A stretch of DNA of 20,000 nucleotides from an uncultured virus (IMG/VR IMGVR_UViG_3300038423_000106) (IMGVR_UViG_3300038423_000106), one strand, 5' to 3'. Shown: positions 8,931 to 16,956, counted from the stretch's first letter. The notes: a model not told the origin generated them from the letters alone. Program-made: numbers and translations.

Positions 8931-9874
8931 TTCTGCACGACCGAGGCGCGGTGGCGCTTCACGCTGCCGCCGCCTGTATAGGTATAGGAAGCCACGTTGC
9001 TGTCTGCCGTGTAGGAAGTTCCGGCGACCACGTTGATTGTTTCGGCCACGGAAACGGTGAAACTCTCAGCAAACGAGCCTGTAGTACAGGCCAATCCAAA
9101 TCCATTCGTCACCGGATTCGTTGGGCTGACCGCATAACATGTTACGAACGTGGCCGACGAACTGGAACAGCTCACGGTCTGCGGCACCGTCCCGCTGCTC
9201 GGCGTGCAAGTCGGCGTGGCGGCCTTGGTCACGCTCCCACTGGTCTTGAAGGCGGCGACGTTCGACTCCGCATCGTCGCCATCGGCGCAGGTCCACACCA
9301 TGTCGATGGCCCCGCTGCCTGTGTTGTGGTAGTAGGCGTCTGCCTGCGAAGCGGTGGAAGGGTTATAGTCGTCGTTCGCTATGGTGCCCGTGCTTACCGA
9401 ACTGCAATCTCCGCTGCCGTCGAACCCTCCATAGGTCGAGATGAACAAGTCTCCGGACTGCGAAGGCAACAGGCTGCCGGGGTCTTGGCCGTTGCCATTG
9501 TTATTATTGCTGCCATCCGCCGGATTGAATCCAGTTGGCGTCCCGCTGAAGACCTGCACGGTGAGGAAGGCGCCGCCGCTTGCGCATGAAACTGTATCGG
9601 TTCCGCCGGAGAACGAGCCATAGGCGTAGTATGTCCAAAGGTAGTCCGCATCGGCATTGGCCTCGATGGCGTGCCAGCCCAGGCTTAAGGTATCTGTGGG
9701 CGCGTTGCCGATAATGCTGCACGATGCCTCGATCAGCGTAGCCGTGCCCGACCAAGTGACCGTGCAGGACGGCGGCGAATTCGTATAGTCGTCGCAGTTC
9801 CCGATGAGAGTCTGGGCGCTGGCCGCAGAACCAGCGAGCAGAAGCAAGGCGAGGATGAGTAAGATTCGTCGCAT
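8927..9874 (-). CDS. Secreted protein with C-terminal CHB_HEX_C/Fn3-associated-like domain, 315 aa
   Basis: Signal peptide MRRILLILALLLLAGSAASA|Q. AATPT.TPSSGT..QTV......CY...FTVS.AETINVVA....SNVASYTYT matches that domain pattern. Ends in a basic tail KRHRASVVQK. Confidence 0.65.
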   Translation of the reverse strand: MRRILLILALLLLAGSAASAQTLIGNCDDYTNSPPSCTVTWSGTATLIEASCSIIGNAPTDTLSLGWHAIEANADADYLWTYYAYGSFSGGTDTVSCASGGAFLTVQVFSGTPTGFNPADGSNNNNGNGQDPGSLLPSQSGDLFISTYGGFDGSGDCSSVSTGTIANDDYNPSTASQADAYYHNTGSGAIDMVWTCADGDDAESNVAAFKTSGSVTKAATPTCTPSSGTVPQTVSCSSSSATFVTCYAVSPTNPVTNGFGLACTTGSFAESFTVSVAETINVVAGTSYTADSNVASYTYTGGGSVKRHRASVVQK

Positions 9875-9876
9875 GG

Positions 9877-12800
9877 CTAATAGGTATATTCGATAATGAC
9901 TGCGAGACTTGTGCTGTGCGTGTCGGGCGTGCCCATCACCGGATCAATGCCCGTCCCGGTCGTCCAGCTCGCGTTCGACACCGAGCACGAGGAACTGTAG
10001 GCATAGCTGTTCCCGCACTGAAGCGTGCCGCTGCAAACCGTCGTGCCCGTTCCAGCCGAGCCGAATGACGGATTGACGGTCGTGGTGTTGGACGAGTAGT
10101 CGCTCCGGCACTTCACCGCCGTGATCGTCCGCGTCACTCCAGAATCGTTGTAGCAGGTGTTGTTCGAGATGGCGTCGTCGCCAGCCGTCAGCACGTTCGA
10201 GGTTCCCGTGCCGCCCCAGACCTCCGTGCACGATCCCTTGCTGTACTGTGCGGCAAGCTGCGTGGCCGTGACTGTGGCGTTCGCCATCATCGCGCCCGTG
10301 ATGAGGTTCGTGCAGGTGCTCGACAGGTTCTTGCTGCCGTCGGTGCAAACTGGCAACGAAGCGGTTAGTCCGCTAAAATTACCGCCAGTCGCGCTCACCG
10401 TGCTCGCCAGAGTCAGGGCTCCCGCCGCGCTCAAATGGCCTTCCAAAGTCCCGACCGTGTACACGCCCGCCGACACCGACCCGCCCGAGTACCAGCGCAC
10501 GATGTCGCCCGTGCCCGAAACGTCGAACACAAGTTCCCCGATGCCGCCAGTGGAAGTGCCCGCCGCTCCGATCAAAGCGCCGATGCTCGTGTTGTTGTTC
10601 GTCGAGTTCGTGTTCTCGATCACGTAAGGCGCGGTGAGGTTCCCGGTTTCAACTCCGGCCCGCGTGACCACATCTCCTGCTGCAACCTCTGTGATCGTCG
10701 TTGCCGTCGCTGATCCCGTCAGCTTCGATTCCGCCATGCTCGTGATGTCGCCGTTCACGACCGCACTGCTGGTCACCGTCTGCGTCGATCCGGCGAAGTG
10801 GGCTATGCCAGCCCCAGGCGAGGAAGCATTGACCACGTTAGCCGTCACCACGCCACTATCATGCAGCAAGCAGGTCGTGCTCGTGACCGTGCAGTCAATC
10901 AGGTGTCCGGTTGTCGGCACAGCCGCGAACCCCTGAATCGTGTTGCTCGCAGTCGCTCCGCTCGCCCACGTCGTCGTGAAGTTTCCGGTCGCCGGGAACA
11001 TGGACAAGCTACCAGCAGTGCCGCTCACGCCCAAGGTCGGCGTATAGGTCAAGGCGGGCGTTGCGCCAGCCAGAAGCTCGCCTGCGCCGCCCGGTAAATC
11101 GCCAGCCGCAATCGCCGTCGAGTTGAACACTCCCGCAACCGACGTGGCGTGCAGGACGTGCGTAGTCGTCGTGTCGGAGTTCGCGCCGACCATGTACTCG
11201 CTCGTGATCGGGAACGTGAGCGTGACCGCACCGGACGAGGCCGGGAAAGTCAGGGTTGTCAGGTTGCTGCCAGTCCCGGTTACTAATTGGTTGCTGGCCG
11301 TGCCGAGGTACAGCGGCTGGTTGAACGTGGCCTTGTTCGAGGCGAAGGTGAACTTCGGGCTGCCGCTGTCCGCGCTGCCCAGCGATCCGCCAGCCGCCAC
11401 CGCGAGGTTTCCGCTCGCGTCCAGCGTGGAAGTCGTCGAGGGCGTTTGCAGTGTGGTCGTGCCGCCGCCCGTGACCAAGGCCGTGCTCGTCAGCGAGCCG
11501 GAACTGACGACCGTTACCGTTCCAGAACCGCCCGGCGTGGAGCAGGTTCCGTCGCTCTTGAGATAACCAGAGCAGGAGCCGGAGCCGAACAGTGCGATTA
11601 CATTGGAGGAAGTTGCTGGCGTGATGTTCGTGGAAGTGGAGAACGCCGCCAAGGGCGTGCCGCTGGAGTAGCCGGACGAAGTGACCGTGCCGCTGCTCGT
11701 GCCGACCGCCGCGCCGTTGACATACAATCCAGCCGCATTGATCGTGCCCGCGCCCTTCGCCCCGCCCGTCGCGCTGCCCCAAACCGAGCCAGTTGGCTCT
11801 GTGGCGAGGAGTTGCCCAGAAATTGTTACCGCGCCAGCAAACGTCGCCGCCTGATTCTGATCGAGGAGTAATGCCTGCGTCAGAGTCGTGGAGCTGTTCG
11901 GAGTCGTGTAGAACTTCAACTGCGAGCCGAAAGCCGAACTGGTCCAAGCCTGCGTCGTCCACGCGCTGATGATCGCGCCGGTAGCTTCCGTGTCCGAAGT
12001 CGAATCGGAACCGCCGAACTGTAGCGTGCCCATGATGACGCCGGAACCAAGCGCTGCTCCCGTCGGAACGGCGGACAATGAGATGATTCCGCCGTCAGCG
12101 GAGAGTCCCGTCCCGGTCGTGCCGACGTTGTGGAAGTGCGCCGAAGTGTCGTTGCTGCCATAAACCTCAAAATGGGCGTCGATGGCCTGCGAGCCGCGCA
12201 CGCCAAGTTGCAGCGTTGGCAAGCTGTCGTAGCCGGTGTCGTTGTAGTAGAAATCCGCAGGAATGCCAGAGAGCAAGCCTCCCGATCCCGCAAAGAGCAC
12301 GCCATACTGCGAGATGCCGCTGTCGGTGATAGCAGGGCTGCTCAAGCCGGTGACGAATGTCGGGGAAGTCGCGAGCACGAAGTTGCCGGTGCCCGTCGTG
12401 TTCCCCGTCGCGTCCGATGGAGTGATGGCCGAGATCGTCTCCGTGATCGTGGGCGAGGAATAGGCGTAGTGCGGGATGCCCGAGGAAGGCGTCACCGCGA
12501 ACAGGCCGTGGTAAGAAGTCACGCCCGAGGCCGGAGCCTCCCAGCAAACGGAGCCTGTGGGCTGATTGGCTACGCAGTTATCCGCGCCTTGAGTCAGCGC
12601 GAAGTAGCCCGCGCCCGAGCCGGAGAAGGTCGCGCCGGGAAAGGTCTGTGCCGCCGTCCATGTGTTCGCGTGGCCCAAATTCAGCGAGGCCACCACCGCG
12701 CCAGTGGTAGGAGTTACGGTAAGCGTGCTGTCGCTGTTCGAGACCGAGAAGACTGCGCCTCCGCTTCCGTTCGCCACCCATGACCGCACGCCAGCGGTCG

Positions 12801-13848
12801 TGCTCGAAAGCACGTAACCCGTCGTTTCTGGATTGCCCAGGGCCGGTTCCGCGCCCACCGACGCCGCCGTCGCCGAAATCGCCCCAGCCGTGTTGAGGAT
12901 GCTCGTACCGTCAGGCTTAACCCCACCCAAAGTGGAGGAAGTGGCGGCTGGCAGCGAGTATGCCGCCGTGCTGCATCCGCTGGACGAATCACTCAAGTCA
13001 GCGCATGCCGGGCGCGATTGGTGGGGCAGGCCGCTCGTGTCGATGTAACTCACCCAGTTGTGAAGTGAGGAAGTAATGGAGTTGACTCCACCAAGCGCTC
13101 CAGCACTGGCCGCTGGCAGCGTATAGGTGGACGAAAACGCGCCCGTGCCAAACCCGTTGCTGCCGGAAGTGAATGTACCGGTGACCTGCCCGACCGGAGT
13201 GTTGGGCGAACAACTTCCGCCGATCTGGCACGCCGTTCCGTTCACCGTCGTGGACGGCGCCGTCCCGGTCAGGCCACTCCACGGTGCCGCCGTCGCCTGA
13301 ATCACGCCCGAGTTGATCGGGACGATGGAGCCGCCCGTGGACACCTGGAACGGCCCCGAGACCATCGGGGAGTTGGCGACGAGCGCCGACCAGTTGGTGG
13401 AGCTAGAACCTGCGCACGAGCCGAAGGTGGTCGCCGTGGACCCGGCGGCGACTGACAACTCGCACTGGCTGGCCGCGGTAGCCAAGGTGGCCCCGGCCCC
13501 GGACTGTCCCTGCATCTGCCATGCTGATCCGGTGTTCGTCATCAGTACGCTCGCCCCGGCCTGCAGCGCTCCGAGCGACACTCCCCCGTTGCCCTGGTTC
13601 ACGGATATAGGGTGCGCGACCCCGTTCACGCTGAGCGTGGGACTCGCCCCGGAGTTCTGGTTGACCCCGGTGAGCAATACCGAGTCCCCGGCGGCTGGCG
13701 TGAACGACGGCGTGGTAACGCAAACGTAAGCCGTAGACGATGTGGAGGAGTCGGGGCAGTACCACGTGAAGGCCGTGCCCGTCTTCTGGCTCCAAGCGAA
13801 CGGGGCCAGCAGGAGCAGCGCCAGGAACCATTTGAGTCTCATCATCAT
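9877..13848 (-). CDS. Large Gly/Ser/Thr-rich tail-fibre/adhesin-like protein with signal peptide, ~1323 aa
   Basis: Start MMMRLKWFLALLLLAPFAWS|Q (ATGA overlap with the upstream stop). Fibre-like motifs include YTLPAASAGALGGV, YSLPAATSSTLGGVK, TGTGNFVLATSPT, GGAKGAGTINAAGLYVNG and SGTVT repeats. Confidence 0.7.
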   Translation of the reverse strand: MMMRLKWFLALLLLAPFAWSQKTGTAFTWYCPDSSTSSTAYVCVTTPSFTPAAGDSVLLTGVNQNSGASPTLSVNGVAHPISVNQGNGGVSLGALQAGASVLMTNTGSAWQMQGQSGAGATLATAASQCELSVAAGSTATTFGSCAGSSSTNWSALVANSPMVSGPFQVSTGGSIVPINSGVIQATAAPWSGLTGTAPSTTVNGTACQIGGSCSPNTPVGQVTGTFTSGSNGFGTGAFSSTYTLPAASAGALGGVNSITSSLHNWVSYIDTSGLPHQSRPACADLSDSSSGCSTAAYSLPAATSSTLGGVKPDGTSILNTAGAISATAASVGAEPALGNPETTGYVLSSTTAGVRSWVANGSGGAVFSVSNSDSTLTVTPTTGAVVASLNLGHANTWTAAQTFPGATFSGSGAGYFALTQGADNCVANQPTGSVCWEAPASGVTSYHGLFAVTPSSGIPHYAYSSPTITETISAITPSDATGNTTGTGNFVLATSPTFVTGLSSPAITDSGISQYGVLFAGSGGLLSGIPADFYYNDTGYDSLPTLQLGVRGSQAIDAHFEVYGSNDTSAHFHNVGTTGTGLSADGGIISLSAVPTGAALGSGVIMGTLQFGGSDSTSDTEATGAIISAWTTQAWTSSAFGSQLKFYTTPNSSTTLTQALLLDQNQAATFAGAVTISGQLLATEPTGSVWGSATGGAKGAGTINAAGLYVNGAAVGTSSGTVTSSGYSSGTPLAAFSTSTNITPATSSNVIALFGSGSCSGYLKSDGTCSTPGGSGTVTVVSSGSLTSTALVTGGGTTTLQTPSTTSTLDASGNLAVAAGGSLGSADSGSPKFTFASNKATFNQPLYLGTASNQLVTGTGSNLTTLTFPASSGAVTLTFPITSEYMVGANSDTTTTHVLHATSVAGVFNSTAIAAGDLPGGAGELLAGATPALTYTPTLGVSGTAGSLSMFPATGNFTTTWASGATASNTIQGFAAVPTTGHLIDCTVTSTTCLLHDSGVVTANVVNASSPGAGIAHFAGSTQTVTSSAVVNGDITSMAESKLTGSATATTITEVAAGDVVTRAGVETGNLTAPYVIENTNSTNNNTSIGALIGAAGTSTGGIGELVFDVSGTGDIVRWYSGGSVSAGVYTVGTLEGHLSAAGALTLASTVSATGGNFSGLTASLPVCTDGSKNLSSTCTNLITGAMMANATVTATQLAAQYSKGSCTEVWGGTGTSNVLTAGDDAISNNTCYNDSGVTRTITAVKCRSDYSSNTTTVNPSFGSAGTGTTVCSGTLQCGNSYAYSSSCSVSNASWTTGTGIDPVMGTPDTHSTSLAVIIEYTY

Positions 13849-14378
13849 TTCCCCATCGCGATCCATGTCGTGTTGCCGCTCGTCGCGTCCACCGTGAAGC
13901 TCGTCGTGTCCCACGCGGACAGGTTGCCAACGCCCGTTCCCGAGTTGACGACCACGATCGGCTTCACCGTGAACGCCCTCGTGAACGTCGTCACGTTCGT
14001 CGTCGCCAGGCCCCACTGCACGGTGAATCCTCCCAGAACGGCGGGGAAGACGATGTAGCCGGCGGCGCTCCCGATGGCGACGATGGGGGCCATGTCGGCG
14101 GCCGTGAGCACGTTCATCAGCACCGCGACAAGGTTGGCGATGGCGGTGGACGGGTTGGCGGAGCCGTCATTCGGCGAGTACCCCTTTGCCACGAGCATCC
14201 CGGCGAACGCCGCCATGAAGGTCGTGAGCTGGAAGTCCTTCTTGTTCAGGTAGGCCGAGGGCAGTATCCCCTCGTAGGGTACGCCGCCCGTGACCAGCGA
14301 GTAGGAGTCGTAGGTGGCGTCCGACTGCTGGTTCGCCGCCGTCGGGTTCACTTGGATCAAATTAGTGCTTCCGGCCAT
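13845..14378 (-). CDS. Short tail-fibre / fibre-anchor protein with gp53-like C-terminal domain, 177 aa, no signal peptide
   Basis: N-terminus (MAGSTNL...AANQQSDATY...G..PSAYLNK..FQ) resembles the baseplate-binding N-terminus of fibres that follow DUF2612 genes. C-terminus GYIVFP...GFTVQWG..F.RAF...P.V....WIAMG is a fibre-tip type module. Purine-rich RBS upstream. Confidence 0.75.
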   Translation of the reverse strand: MAGSTNLIQVNPTAANQQSDATYDSYSLVTGGVPYEGILPSAYLNKKDFQLTTFMAAFAGMLVAKGYSPNDGSANPSTAIANLVAVLMNVLTAADMAPIVAIGSAAGYIVFPAVLGGFTVQWGLATTNVTTFTRAFTVKPIVVVNSGTGVGNLSAWDTTSFTVDATSGNTTWIAMGK

Positions 14379-14393
14379 CAGAGGTTCCTTCCC

Positions 14394-15527
14394 TTACGTC
14401 GCATAGCCCACGTCCGCCCCGGCGATGAGCGAGTTGTCCACGTCCGCCCCGAACACGGGAAGCAGCGGCGAGCCGTAAATGTACTCGACCCCTTGAGGCC
14501 TGGGGATGATCATGTCGTTCTCGATCATCTGGAGGGCGATCGGCGTGAACGTGCCCGACAGGATGATGTTCGCCGTCATGTTCTGGTTGTCGAGCACGGT
14601 TATGTGCCCTCCGGGGAACAAGTAACCCCAGAGGACGTAGAGCGAGCCGACCTGCCCGTCCCACTGGTTCTGCGCGATCTTCGCCTGGATCAGGGTCAGG
14701 TAATCGGCGTCGTCCAGGATCGGGCTGACCGGGACCGGAGGACTCCCGGTGACGGGTTGGAACGGCAGGCGCCTGCTCGCCCCTACGATCGTGCCGATGA
14801 TGTCGAGTTGCGCCCCGGAAGCCGGGACGACGGGGTCCACGGGAGCGCCGGAAGCGGGCAGCGTCTGGCCCCCTCCTGGTCTGAACGCGTACTGCGCTCG
14901 ACTGCCGCGTGGCGCGTTTGTGGTCAGGGGCAGGGCGAACGCCTGGTAGAGTTGCTGGACGCACGCCAGCAAGTCCGTCACCGGCTGGATCAGCGCCGCC
15001 GCCCAGGCGTAGAGGTTCTGCGCGTTCTTGTACTGCGACGTGAACAGGCTCAGGTAGTAGAGCGGGAACACGAACTGCTGGCCCAGCGAGTAGGAAGTCA
15101 GCGACGAATCGTAATTCACCAGCGGCAGGTACAGGGGGTTGCCGTTCTGCGCGACGCGGCAGTCCGAAACCTGCCACGAGGTGACGGACGCCGTGTGGCC
15201 CACGACGTACTGGCAGTCGGTGCCGACGTTCACCGTCGCGGCCAGGGGCGGCGCGGGGCCGCTCTGGAACTGTATGTGCCAGCCGTTGTCGGTCAGCACC
15301 GCGAGCTGCTGGGAGATGGCGAGCGAGCCGTGGAGTATCGTGATCTGGCTGCCCGAGGCGTCGTAGAAGTTGATGTACAAACGCGGCTGCATCCCGCCGG
15401 AGAGGTACTGGATCGTCCCGGTGAGGAAGAACACGTCGCCCGGTGAGCACGGAACCTGCGCCGAAGATGCGCCGATGCTCTCGTCCGGGGCGGTGAGGCC
15501 GGTCACGTTGAAGAGGGGATAAGGCAT
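14394..15527 (-). CDS. DUF2612-like baseplate wedge protein with an extra N-terminal domain, 377 aa
   Basis: Start MPYPLF at 15527 (TGATG overlap). Motifs YYLSL.TSQY, A.GAQLDIIG.IVG.SR, LDD.DY.TLI.AKIAQN.WDG, DNQNMT and IIPRPQGV. Position directly after baseplate J fits. Confidence 0.85.
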   Translation of the reverse strand: MPYPLFNVTGLTAPDESIGASSAQVPCSPGDVFFLTGTIQYLSGGMQPRLYINFYDASGSQITILHGSLAISQQLAVLTDNGWHIQFQSGPAPPLAATVNVGTDCQYVVGHTASVTSWQVSDCRVAQNGNPLYLPLVNYDSSLTSYSLGQQFVFPLYYLSLFTSQYKNAQNLYAWAAALIQPVTDLLACVQQLYQAFALPLTTNAPRGSRAQYAFRPGGGQTLPASGAPVDPVVPASGAQLDIIGTIVGASRRLPFQPVTGSPPVPVSPILDDADYLTLIQAKIAQNQWDGQVGSLYVLWGYLFPGGHITVLDNQNMTANIILSGTFTPIALQMIENDMIIPRPQGVEYIYGSPLLPVFGADVDNSLIAGADVGYAT

Positions 15528-16762
15528 CAGACCGAGTTCACCTGCACATTTGCAGCCAGCCCCTCCGCCGTGTCCCACGGATTGCTCATGGGTATGTCAG
15601 CGTCCGTTGTGAACGCGAACGGCGGCGAGGTCTGCGTCAGGCTGACGTACAGGTCCGTCACGTCGTAGATCGGAACCTCCAGGTTCCCCGCCTGCGACAT
15701 CGCTACGGCCATCAGCGCGCCCCAGGAGATCGTGCCGCCTAATTGCAGGCCGTTCAGGTAGTTGACCACCGCCGTCACTATCGCGGCCTCGACCGCCGAG
15801 TTGAACGCCGGGGTCAGGGCGTGCGCGTTGACCACGACGTAGGCTGGGACGAACGTCGGCAGGTAGAACCCCACGTCGAACGTCGCTCCGGTGTAGGGGT
15901 CGACCACGGGCTGCGTCGTCGTGCCGTTCGTCAGCGGGCCTATGCCGCGGTTGTTGTAGATAGCTGTGGCCACGTCCAGAAGCGTCCCGCCCTCTACGAT
16001 GCACGTTACCGAGTGCGGCGGGCCGTACCAGCTCGGGCCAGAGGATGGCAGAGGCCATGTGGTGATGGCCGATCCGGTCGGGTTCTCCAGGCAGAGCGAG
16101 TCCACGACACCGGGGACCGCGGCAACGGCGGCAGCAGTGCCCGCGAGCAGAGTGATCGATGGCAGTTCCGTGGAGATGGCCTGCCGCGTCCTGAGCTGCG
16201 AGTCGGTCTCTACCGGCTGGCCCAAGGTGGCGGGCGAGGCGTTCGTCACGCTCACCCACCCAGCGGTCGGGGTCGCTATCAAATTGATCTGGCCCGTGAT
16301 GGCGTTGACCGCGCCGATGACCTCGCAGGTAACGACCGTCGTGATGCTCCCGCCGGATGGGATTATGACCGTCGGCGGCAGATCCCAGAGGTAGCCCTGC
16401 TGCGGAACCGAGTCCTGCACCTTGCCGTTCGAGATGACCGTGGCCGTGCCGGTGATCGTGACCGGGCAGGTGGAGTAGCTGGCCGCCTTGCGCACCAGGC
16501 CGTTGTAGGCCACGTCCGTGTCGAGTGCGGCGCCCACGGCGGTGACCGGGCTGCGGTTGTTGTAATCCTGCTGCACGGCGTTTCCCAAGTCATTCATGGA
16601 AAGCGCGAACATCGAGCACAGCTGGTAACCGGCGGCGTCGATGCCCAAATACTCTCCAGGGCCGTAGATGGAGAGCCAAGCGGAAGTGTAGAGCCCGAGG
16701 TAGTCCTGATACTGCGGCAGACTCAGCCCACTAGGCCCAATAAACGGAGGAAAATATGCCAA
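15527..16762 (-). CDS. Baseplate J-like protein (gpJ/Mu gp47 family), 411 aa
   Basis: TTG start with AGGTG upstream. Motifs P.TAVGAALD, GL.RKAASYST, GAVNA..G.IN.I.TP.AGW.SVTN, G...ETDSQLR.RQ, ENPT and PPHSV..IVEGG are all typical. Confidence 0.92.
   Translation of the reverse strand: MAYFPPFIGPSGLSLPQYQDYLGLYTSAWLSIYGPGEYLGIDAAGYQLCSMFALSMNDLGNAVQQDYNNRSPVTAVGAALDTDVAYNGLVRKAASYSTCPVTITGTATVISNGKVQDSVPQQGYLWDLPPTVIIPSGGSITTVVTCEVIGAVNAITGQINLIATPTAGWVSVTNASPATLGQPVETDSQLRTRQAISTELPSITLLAGTAAAVAAVPGVVDSLCLENPTGSAITTWPLPSSGPSWYGPPHSVTCIVEGGTLLDVATAIYNNRGIGPLTNGTTTQPVVDPYTGATFDVGFYLPTFVPAYVVVNAHALTPAFNSAVEAAIVTAVVNYLNGLQLGGTISWGALMAVAMSQAGNLEVPIYDVTDLYVSLTQTSPPFAFTTDADIPMSNPWDTAEGLAANVQVNSV
15535..15555. 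repeat. Palindrome copy 2 within a 21-bp direct repeat (AGTTCACCTGCACATTTGCAG; 20/21 identical to 16766-16786)
   Basis: Direct sequence comparison. It lies in the last codons of baseplate J, just upstream of the next start codon. Confidence 0.7.
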
Positions 16763-16772
16763 GTCAGTTCAC

Positions 16773-16786
16773 CTGCAAATTTGCAG
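16773..16786. promoter_or_regulatory. Perfect 14-bp palindrome CTGCAAATTTGCAG (operator-like), copy 1
   Basis: Self-complementary. Sits between the baseplate J start/RBS (minus strand) and the TATAAT box (plus strand). Confidence 0.65.
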
Positions 16787-16792
16787 TCGCGT

Positions 16793-16798
16793 TATAAT
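16793..16798 (+). promoter_or_regulatory. Putative sigma70 -10 box (TATAAT) for the zinc-ribbon gene
   Basis: Perfect TATAAT ending 11 nt before the ATG at 16810, in a GC-rich background. No consensus -35; a perfect palindrome (16773-16786) occupies that region instead. Confidence 0.55.
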
Positions 16799-16809
16799 GA
16801 AGCAGGGCC

Positions 16810-16956
16810 ATGTACAGGCACAATCCAACTAACACTCACAAGATCATACGCAAATGCATTATGTGCGGACATAGTTTTTGCGCTGGAACATTTTCAGGTC
16901 CGATGGCGATGCCAGCACTCCCTCGCACATGCAGGAAATGCAGAAAGCCCAGATAA
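16810..16956 (+). CDS. Small basic zinc-ribbon protein (48 aa, CxxC..CxxC), antisense to the operon
   Basis: Manual translation: MYRHNPTNTHKIIRKCIMCGHSFCAGTFSGPMAMPALPRTCRKCRKPR*. It fills the only large intergenic gap, and its TAA (16954-16956) abuts the stop of the convergent gene. TATAAT lies just upstream. Too short for the ORF track. Confidence 0.7.
   Translation: MYRHNPTNTHKIIRKCIMCGHSFCAGTFSGPMAMPALPRTCRKCRKPR

Noticed and set aside
5726..16788. Palindrome copies as invertase/shufflon crossover sites
   Set aside because: No recombinase is seen, there are no inverted gene cassettes, and all genes between the sites are intact and co-oriented.
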